Source: a virus
Virus record (IMG/VR): IMGVR_UViG_3300034062_007329
Location: 14,787 to 78,786 of that record
Strand: one strand, 5' to 3'
DNA length: 64,000 bases
Position 1 is the stretch's first letter, and every line of letters starts with the position of its first letter. The notes beneath the pieces are model-generated. The model saw only the letters and a program-made list of their open reading frames with translations, had not been told where the DNA came from and searched no databases. The translations under genes and the position numbers were made by a program. Positions 41,837-49,913 of this stretch are shown here, in pieces.

Positions 41837-42511
41837 TCATAACTCCATTCCACAATGAAGGTTCGGTGGTTCACAGCCGCCGCGCCTTCGGCGCGGCTGG
41901 TATTCTACCATGCCTCGCAGGGCAAGTCAACAAAAAAGATCATGAGTGAATCCAGGGGGTTGCAACCTCTAAGGAACTGGTTTCTTTTTTGTTGCACCCT
42001 GCCGCGAGTCGTGGTACTATGTCTGCATGATGATGACGCTGACGGACATGATGCTGGTTCTTTCAATCCTTCCCTTCTGGACGTTTGCCGCTTGCTATCG
42101 TGCAATGCTGCGCTATGACAAGGGACTCTAAGGGTAGACTAAAAAAAGATGTTGACGCGGGCATCGCGTCATGGTAAGATGCTCTAACACTTGGGGATGG
42201 TCCCCGCGAAAGGTGGAGAACAGATGGCTAAGGCGAAGATGGTCAAGAAGGAAATGCGAACCTACAAGGTTGTGGATGTTGCAGAGGCTAAGGAACTGGG
42301 AGCAAAGATGTTTAGCGAAAACCCCTATAACCGTTTTGCGCTTGTCGCTGTTCGTGGCAAGGTGCTTGACAATGTGATCGCTTGGGGCTTCAACCGTGAT
42401 CCCCTCGACAAGAAGGCAACGGAGCGAAACCGAGATATCGCCATGCTGGGTAAGATGATCGGCAAGGCGAACGAGATTGCGGATAAGGAGGAAAGCGAGG
42501 AGGCGTAATAT

Positions 42512-43058
42512 ATGAACGTGATGGCATTCGTTGTCGAGTTGTCGCTCATTCTTCCCTTTGGTTCCCTTGCCCTTGTTCGCTTCATTGAGAGGTTCTAAAT
42601 GAAAGATCTAATCGTAATCGTGTTATTGTTCGCGTCCTGCACGGGTTGCGTTGCTCTAAAGGTAGAGGATGCAAAACGTTGTGATCCCGTGTGTGCGCCT
42701 TATGCTTTCGAGTATACGTCTGCAAAGGGTGAGTGTGTTTGTAATCTCCAGAAGGTGAAGCGATAAATGGTGACAGAGTTTCTTATGGGTTTTCTTGCAG
42801 CTATTGCTTGCGGTGTTGCTGGTGCTGCGCTTGCGTTCTCTTTGCAGCGCGTGGTTGAAAACATCCTTGACCGAATGGGTATCTAAAGAATGATTGCATT
42901 CAGCTGGATCGTTGTGTCCCTTGCGTTCGCTGGTATCCTTTCAAACGAGGTTGCGTAATATGATGCGTGATGATGACTTCATGGTGTTCGTCAAGGCAGG
43001 GCTTGCGGTGTTCACGTTCGTCCTGTTCTTTATTGTGTGCAGCGCATTCTTTCCTTAG
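42512..43058 (+). CDS. Five tandem tiny hydrophobic ORFs (42512-42598, 42599-42766, 42767-42886, 42890-42958, 42960-43058)
   Basis: Stop-start adjacent, each preceded by a GAGG/AAGG/GGG-like RBS, each with one hydrophobic helix. Confidence 0.6.
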
Positions 43059-43288
43059 AGTTTGCGGTGGCTGAACTTGTAAAGCGAGAAACGCTTTTGC
43101 TTTTGCAAACGCAAAGGCTTGTGTGACCCCCTCCCCCTCCCCCCTATAGGTTGCGTTTATACGGAAAACAAGTCTGCCGATGAAAGTGTTATGTGCAAAA
43201 CAAAGCTAAGGTCGTTTTTAAACTCGGGACCAATTTTCCAGATTTCTTAATCCCACGCCGTTTTTAACACGCCGTAACTATTTAAGAT

Positions 43289-44071
43289 ATGTTAAAAATC
43301 CGTATACTAAAAGAAGCCAAGGAAGCTCCCCTTAACCAAATTCAACAACACAACTTAAACTTCCTAATGAATAATAGCGAGGTGGCAGCAGACCTTGGCG
43401 AATTAGACATTTATGACGCCGAGGACTTTGTTAAGCTTGTTAAAGCAATCCCTGCTCTTGGCAGTGCAAAATTAGTTAAATATATAACTGGCAGGAGTTT
43501 TGGCAAAGTGTTCAAGTTAGACAACGATCACATTTTTAAAATGTTTTCGAATTCAATTGGACCCGATGAAGATTATGAATGGTACAGAAACGCATCGCTC
43601 GTCCTGCATCGCGGTTGGGCAAAAAACACAACCCTTCCTGTTTATGAAACAGGTGTGAAAAAAATTGTTGGTAAACCTATTTTTTGGGTTGAAATGGCGG
43701 AACTTATCCCTCTTGATAAGTGGCTTGACCAAACTGGTCGTTCTGCTGCCATTCACACGGAAATTTCCGTCCTTATTGATTATGCTAAGGGTGAAACATC
43801 AATAAAAATATTAGATTTTGGTAAATGGTTATTTAAGGAAATAAAACGCAAGTCACTGCGTTTTCCAGATATTAAAAAACAAATGTATGCCAAGCTTCTT
43901 CGTAAAGAAAGCTCGGCACAGCTAACAGGCGCTGAGATGATGGCTATGATTAGGGCTATCAAGGAAATCTTGGATAGTGGTTTAACACTAAGGGATATTC
44001 TTCCACGCAACATTGGATACGTAAGGCAAAGCCGTCCAGATAAACCAGTGTTTGTTATATTTGATAATTAA
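43289..44071 (+). CDS. Protein-kinase-like fold protein
   Basis: GRSFGKVFKL, IFK, VEMAEL, RDILPRNIG catalytic loop, VIFD. Confidence 0.75.
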   Translation: MLKIRILKEAKEAPLNQIQQHNLNFLMNNSEVAADLGELDIYDAEDFVKLVKAIPALGSAKLVKYITGRSFGKVFKLDNDHIFKMFSNSIGPDEDYEWYRNASLVLHRGWAKNTTLPVYETGVKKIVGKPIFWVEMAELIPLDKWLDQTGRSAAIHTEISVLIDYAKGETSIKILDFGKWLFKEIKRKSLRFPDIKKQMYAKLLRKESSAQLTGAEMMAMIRAIKEILDSGLTLRDILPRNIGYVRQSRPDKPVFVIFDN

Positions 44072-44136
44072 AAATATCCACAAAAAATTTCCGGAAGCAA
44101 ATTTTCAGATTTTTTATTCCATGATATAATATATAC

Positions 44137-44560
44137 ATGGAAGAACGTCATTATAACAATAAACGTCAGTGGGAATGCAATGTTCCCATAGGCTCAATTG
44201 TTGAATTAACAATTGACAATGGGGACGGAGGAATTGGTGTTGTCCTCCGTAATGACGACAATTTCCGTTATAAAATATATCGAATAACACACGGCGACAT
44301 CATACTGGTGTACTCGTTTGAAATGTATGTTACATGGAGTCCATAATTAACTATTTATACTTATGGCTGTTGGTGAACAAAGCAAAGTAAAAATAGGCAG
44401 CATAGTTTTTCTTACGCTAACCGAACAGGAGAACGGTGGGATCGCAATCGTATTGCGCTATAGCAAAAAGAAAAATATGTACTGGGTTTACCGTATAGGC
44501 GATGGTCACCAAATGTGGGTTGAACATTGGGAAATGCACGTCCATTGGAGCCCCAAGTAA
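44137..44560 (+). CDS. Two tandem SH3-like paralogs (44137-44346, 44363-44560)
   Basis: IGSIV.LT.....GGI..VLR...YRI..G....EM.V.WSP in both. Confidence 0.7.
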
Positions 44561-44589
44561 CTATTTATGTTTGTAAAAGGAGAATAATT

Positions 44590-45435
44590 ATGTCAAAAGA
44601 TATGAAGTTGATCATGGAAAACTGGCGCAAGTTTTCAAAATTGGTTGAAGCAGAAGAGTCTGAATTTGTGAAACGTCGCAGGGCGCAGCTTGCAGCAGAA
44701 AAACCAGAAGATAAAGGTGATGATACAAAGGTTTTAAAATTTGGTAAAAAGTCTGAGGAAGAACCACAAGGTTTTCAAGATCCATTAGCCGATTATTTCC
44801 CAGCGGGTAGCAAGTACAATCTACAAGGTTATGTCGATCCAGACCCAGATCCAGACCGTGACCCACTCCCCGGGGAAAGCGAAGAGGATTATATAAAACA
44901 CTTGGTCACAACTGGTGAAAAAATGATGCCAGATCCATTTGCATATGTTGGTCCAGAAGATGGCGGTCCAACTGATGAAGAAGCCGAAGAATCCGAAATA
45001 GAGGCGGAAAAAGAAGCTTCTACAAGAGAATCGGAATTAGAAAAAAGTTTGTTCGACATTAAACCATTCCGTGATCCGGAAGATTTTTATGGAAACGCGG
45101 TTCCAGCGTTGACAACACAAAAAGCGGATATGATTGATGAGTTATCAAAAAATCCAATTCCAACAACAAGCAAGTTATTTGCAAGAGGCTTGAAATCATT
45201 CCGTAACGATAAAGAAAAGGTTACCCGTTGGACTAACGAAATAAAAACAATGTTGGCTGGTAACGAAAATATTTATAAACCAGAAAATAGAGAAGCTCTT
45301 TTGAATGTAATTAAATACGGAGTAACACAAGATCCAAGAGGCTTTATTCTTAACCGTATCCGTAGAGAAGTACAAGAACGAGGCATCGATGATCCAAGAG
45401 TGCTAAAGGCGATACCTCCAAAGCAAATAAAATAA
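44590..45435 (+). CDS. Acidic hypothetical protein with MKLIMENWRKF N-terminus
   Basis: AGGAG RBS; ACTATTTA at 44560. Confidence 0.7.
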   Translation: MSKDMKLIMENWRKFSKLVEAEESEFVKRRRAQLAAEKPEDKGDDTKVLKFGKKSEEEPQGFQDPLADYFPAGSKYNLQGYVDPDPDPDRDPLPGESEEDYIKHLVTTGEKMMPDPFAYVGPEDGGPTDEEAEESEIEAEKEASTRESELEKSLFDIKPFRDPEDFYGNAVPALTTQKADMIDELSKNPIPTTSKLFARGLKSFRNDKEKVTRWTNEIKTMLAGNENIYKPENREALLNVIKYGVTQDPRGFILNRIRREVQERGIDDPRVLKAIPPKQIK

Positions 45436-45463
45436 CCTAACTAATAAAAGTTAAATTATACCT

Positions 45464-45495
45464 TGTCGGGGCTTCGCCCCGACATTTTATTTTTT
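45464..45495. terminator. Terminator between convergent genes
   Basis: TGTCGGGGC-ttc-GCCCCGACA followed by a T tract. Confidence 0.8.
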
Positions 45496-46110
45496 TGCTG
45501 TGCATTCTGGTACTCTTGCAGTGACCATTTTTCTAATTTGGTCTATCTTTTGAAATTTATGATTGATTTTTAAGATAGACCAATAAGCACGCTTTTCTAT
45601 AACTATCTTGTGATGTTTTTTTATTTGATTTGCAAGAATCCCTATGCCACATTCTAAATTATTTTTAGGGTTGAGAATTGTTGTTACAGTTGGATTGTTT
45701 TTGTTATCTTCTTCCCAATTAAAGTTGCACCATTTTGCCCATTTTGTGTCGCCATAGCTTAACTGTAACAAGCCTTCGGAAGTCACAATCTTACCAGTTA
45801 CTGAGTCCTTGCCGAGTGATATTTCTGTTAATTGTGAATATGGATTCCATCCGCTTTCATAAAAAGCCATCGATGATACGAACTCAGACCAAAACAATTT
45901 TTTTGTTTCGTCCTTTAAGAAAGTGTATTCTGGACAAAATAATTCCGTGTCTTCCGCTAAGTTTAGTTTTTGAAAGTGCTTTTCAATTGCAGCTACTGTG
46001 ATTTTTGTCCACATGGCGTTAGTTGGATGTTTTGTTTCCCAGCTTAGATTTATTTCGGCATAAGCATATTTTGTGATTAACATAGCAATTAAAATTATTG
46101 TATACTTCAT
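45487..46110 (-). CDS. Secreted lytic transglycosylase (SLT-like)
   Basis: Signal peptide; MAFYESGWNP, SEGLLQLS, NPKNNLECG motifs. Confidence 0.8.
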   Translation of the reverse strand: MKYTIILIAMLITKYAYAEINLSWETKHPTNAMWTKITVAAIEKHFQKLNLAEDTELFCPEYTFLKDETKKLFWSEFVSSMAFYESGWNPYSQLTEISLGKDSVTGKIVTSEGLLQLSYGDTKWAKWCNFNWEEDNKNNPTVTTILNPKNNLECGIGILANQIKKHHKIVIEKRAYWSILKINHKFQKIDQIRKMVTARVPECTAKK

Positions 46111-46531
46111 TGTGTTTCTCCCTTGTTCCAATGTAGCTGATCTATATTTTCTTGTTCAGGACAAAGTAGAGCTGGACATCCGCCTCCTATCGTGGTAAGA
46201 TCTTCTTTTATAGGAGAATTAACATGAAAATGGCTGTGATTTTCGCTGCCCTGTTCTTTTTTGTCGCTTGGGCTTTTGGTCACTTTATAAGGTAAAATAA
46301 TGGAAGAAGAAACTTATAAAGTTGGTGATTTTGTATGTAGAACTACAGTATATACAGAGTATTTCTTAAAAGACAAGAAGATAAAGAAAGAAGTATTTAA
46401 TAGAATGGTTGGAACAGTTGTAGAAAAAAATAGTTTTGTTTTAACAGTTAAATTATTAAATGACAGAATTGTTTTTGGATCCAATGGCACTTTTATGCTG
46501 TTAAACAAAAAAATGGCAGAAAGATTAGAAT

Positions 46532-46867
46532 TTGATGAGTAATAATAATATATTAAAAATTGTTTTTTCTGCATTTATATTAATTTTAAATGGAGTAGTC
46601 GCAGCGTACAATACTAAATGGATACGAAATGGTATCTCTCCACTATGGACTGGTTATATTTTTTCTTTTATTAGTGCCACAATGTATATCTACATGACAA
46701 AAGAAAAATTATTTTCCATGACGTATACTTCCGCATTTCAAACTTTTATGTTTCATAGTGCTTGGTATATTACTACACTGCTTGTTATTGGTGAAAGTCT
46801 GGCAGCCCACCGCTTGCTGGGATTGTTTTTTGTTTTTGGCGGCATGATACTTATGAGTATCAAATAG
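46532..46867 (+). CDS. Four-TM small membrane protein (SMR/EamA-like)
   Basis: Four hydrophobic segments; GE.L...LLG..FV..G..L C-terminus. Confidence 0.5.
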   Translation: MMSNNNILKIVFSAFILILNGVVAAYNTKWIRNGISPLWTGYIFSFISATMYIYMTKEKLFSMTYTSAFQTFMFHSAWYITTLLVIGESLAAHRLLGLFFVFGGMILMSIK

Positions 46868-46878
46868 GAGAATATAAA

Positions 46879-47103
46879 ATGAATATTGATAATAATCAAC
46901 CAAGAATTCGACCACAAGATTTAAAAAACGCAAAAGATGTAGTATGTGAAAGTTGCGGACATAATGTTTTTGTACCAGGCTTTTATATTAAAGTTTTATC
47001 TGCATTGGTCTCACCGAATGGTAGAGAAATGCATTTCCCAATTCAGACCTTTGCATGTGCAAAATGCAATATAGTAAACAAAGATTTTGAGCCTAATTTT
47101 TAA
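46879..47103 (+). CDS. Zn-ribbon protein
   Basis: CESC..CAKC. Confidence 0.7.
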   Translation: MNIDNNQPRIRPQDLKNAKDVVCESCGHNVFVPGFYIKVLSALVSPNGREMHFPIQTFACAKCNIVNKDFEPNF

Positions 47104-47157
47104 CAGTTGACTCGGGCTGGACTATGTAGTAGTATGGAGCCTATAGAAAGGAATTAC

Positions 47158-47670
47158 ATGAGAGTACTTACACTTGCACCTAATTATGAACCTATAGGCA
47201 CTATTTCTTGGAAAAAAGCAGTTGCTTTAGTATTTTTAAATAAAGTTACTACTCTTCAAGAGTATGAAGAAGAAATTAGATCAGTTAACTTTACGATGAA
47301 AATACCATCCGTTATTGTGTTAAAAAGCGGTAAAATGAAGCGTATCAACTCAGTAAGATTTTCCAGAAGAAATATCTGGCTAAGAGACGAGGGTAAGTGT
47401 CAGTATTGCAATAAAAATGTAAACATCAAACAATTTACAATCGATCATGTACATCCAAAACATGCTGGTGGCAAAACCTCTTGGGAAAATGTTGTTGTTT
47501 CGTGCTATGAATGTAATCAAAAAAAAGGTGAAAAGTCACTAAAAGATTCTGGATTTAAGTTAAGTAAAACACCAAGAAAACCTATTTCTCTTCCATATGT
47601 AAATGAAATTGTTGGTTTTTTTGATGATAACTACTTACATCCATCTTGGAAATTTTGGTTAAATAGGTAA
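47158..47670 (+). CDS. HNH endonuclease (McrA/HNH_5-like)
   Basis: FSRRNI.LRD...CQYC..TIDHVHP..GG..WENVV.SC..CN.KKG. Confidence 0.9.
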   Translation: MRVLTLAPNYEPIGTISWKKAVALVFLNKVTTLQEYEEEIRSVNFTMKIPSVIVLKSGKMKRINSVRFSRRNIWLRDEGKCQYCNKNVNIKQFTIDHVHPKHAGGKTSWENVVVSCYECNQKKGEKSLKDSGFKLSKTPRKPISLPYVNEIVGFFDDNYLHPSWKFWLNR

Positions 47671-47677
47671 ATAAAAC

Positions 47678-48265
47678 ATGAAACTTTTAGTACTCGACAC
47701 GGAAACAACTGGTCTTGATATGACAAGACATGAAATAATTCAAATTGGTTTTCTTCTTATGGAATTTGATGGAGATCAAAAATTTGAATTGATCTCCGAA
47801 TCTGAAATAAAAATTAGACCTCTGCATTTAGAAACTGCCGAACCAGCTGCACTTGCAGTTAATGGTTTTACTGCATATGGCTGGAAGGACACAAAACCAA
47901 TAAATGAACACTTTGAAGAAATTAAACAGAAAATAGAAAATGCCGATTTAATGCTCGGACAAAATCTTGTATTTGACCTCAGATTTATAAAACAAGCTTA
48001 TGAGAATTTGAATGCAGTCCCACCAGCCTTTCCACAATATATTGATACTAAATGGATGGCAACACAGCTTTTAAAAGAAGGAAAATTAAAAAGTACTTCA
48101 ATGGATAAAATGTGCAAACACTTCAATATAAAAATTGAAGGCAAGGCACACACTGCGTTAGTAGATTGTAAAAGAACATTAGAAGTTTATAAGCTATTAG
48201 CTAAACAAGTTGCAGACATTACTAAATTTACATTTATAAAATATTATGATCCTTTTGAGCGTTAA
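47678..48265 (+). CDS. DEDDh 3'-5' exonuclease (DnaQ-like)
   Basis: LDTETTGL, QNL.FD..F, IDT, AHTALVD. Confidence 0.92.
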   Translation: MKLLVLDTETTGLDMTRHEIIQIGFLLMEFDGDQKFELISESEIKIRPLHLETAEPAALAVNGFTAYGWKDTKPINEHFEEIKQKIENADLMLGQNLVFDLRFIKQAYENLNAVPPAFPQYIDTKWMATQLLKEGKLKSTSMDKMCKHFNIKIEGKAHTALVDCKRTLEVYKLLAKQVADITKFTFIKYYDPFER

Positions 48266-48760
48266 GGAAAAAATCTAATGAAGCTTGGTGATATGGTTAA
48301 GCAACAATTTACTGACAGTATCGAACGTTATGGTATTATAGTAGAAGATCCATTAGAAAGATATATCGGCGTCCTCCCAGTAACTAAAAAGTATTTTAAA
48401 ATAAAATATCTTCCCCATCCAGATTTACCGTTTCATGGCGGTGATATGTACAGCGAATATACGGTAGAAGATACTTTAACTGTTGTTTCTTCCGTTGAGT
48501 AAAATACTCACTAAATAATATAGGAGGTATTTTACGGAGGAAACTTACATGAGCAAGCAAAAACCTCAAGAAAGCCCTGTACAGATACAATTAGAATTAC
48601 CAGATTATTCGCAAATGTACTATGAATACATGAAGAAAAAAGAAGAAAAAACAGAAGAAGAAACAGTTGTTATTATAGAAATTTACTAATTATTACATTT
48701 AATCAGTCTAAGAACTACTTATGTCATAAGGCATAGGTAGTTTTTTTATTGGCTAAAAAC

Positions 48761-49750
48761 ATGTTATTATTAGAAAATATATCTCACGAAGATCTTAAAA
48801 AATATTTAAAAGAATTTTATACTTATGCTTTGGAGCGTTTGAAAAAAATAGATCGTGATCCAAAAGTTATATTTAAATATGATCAAAAGAACGCTGATAA
48901 TTTTTTTGGAAAAACTGGTTATTACGACCCTGACGAAGAAAAAATAGTTCTTTATGTGAGTGATCGTCATGCAAAGGATGTACTTAGATCCTTTGCTCAT
49001 GAATTAATACACCATTATCAGAAATGCACTGGAGAAAGCGATACTGTAGACTTAAGCGCCACATCTGATCCATCATATGCATTACACAATGATGGTCTAA
49101 GAGAGATGGAAAAAATGGCGTTTAAGTGGGGAAATATGTTATTTAGAGATTGGTGTGACATTAAAAAAATGGAGAGGAAAAACAATATGACAGAATCAAA
49201 AAAAGATTTAGTTGAATTAGTTCTTGAAAGAGTAACAGAACGCTTAATAACCGAATCAAAAGGCACAGACATTCCAAAAAAAGACGAACCAGAATTCAAA
49301 AAGAAGAAAAAACAAATTCATAAAGCAATAGCTAAAAAAGGTGGTAAAAAACCAAAAGATTCATGGGCAGTAGCATCTGAAAAAGCCGCTGAATTTGTTG
49401 GAGCAAAACCAAAAGGCACCGATAAGCCAACAGTTAAAAAAGAAGAAAAATTTCCAAAATCAATGTCTTTAGAAAAAGCTAAAGAGATGGGAATCCCGCC
49501 AGAAGCAGACGTAAAAGATGACGATAGAATTGAAGGCTGGGAAGCTGCAAGAAGCGAAAAGATACAAAAAAGTCTAAAAAAAGAAGATGATAGTTTCACT
49601 AATGACGAAAGAAAAGAAAAATTAGAAGAGGCAGTAGCCCACCCATACCCAGAATTATTAAATAAAAAAGAAAGATTATTTTCTGAAAGATTTTCACAAT
49701 ACGAACAGTGGAAGTTTGAAGAATTATTAAAACGAGCCATTAAAAAATAA
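48761..49750 (+). CDS. HEXXH metallopeptidase-like domain with low-complexity tail
   Basis: GYYDP, DVLRSFAHELIHH.Q. Confidence 0.65.
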   Translation: MLLLENISHEDLKKYLKEFYTYALERLKKIDRDPKVIFKYDQKNADNFFGKTGYYDPDEEKIVLYVSDRHAKDVLRSFAHELIHHYQKCTGESDTVDLSATSDPSYALHNDGLREMEKMAFKWGNMLFRDWCDIKKMERKNNMTESKKDLVELVLERVTERLITESKGTDIPKKDEPEFKKKKKQIHKAIAKKGGKKPKDSWAVASEKAAEFVGAKPKGTDKPTVKKEEKFPKSMSLEKAKEMGIPPEADVKDDDRIEGWEAARSEKIQKSLKKEDDSFTNDERKEKLEEAVAHPYPELLNKKERLFSERFSQYEQWKFEELLKRAIKK

Positions 49751-49913
49751 ATATGAGTAGAGAATTTATAATTACAGCTATAAGTTCTTCAAATGAGCAA
49801 TTTAATAAATCAATTGCACAAGTTCCTATTGCATTGTCAGTACCTGGAGTAATTTCTTTGCATGAGCGACCTTTTTCATATGATATAATTGTAAATAAAA
49901 AAGGATAATAGAT

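Noticed and set aside
32323-42200. CRISPR array or DGR in the repetitive regions
   Set aside because: The repeats are degenerate promoters and gene junctions with irregular spacing; there are no identical 25-40 bp direct repeats, no cas or reverse transcriptase gene, and no TR/VR pair differing only at adenines.
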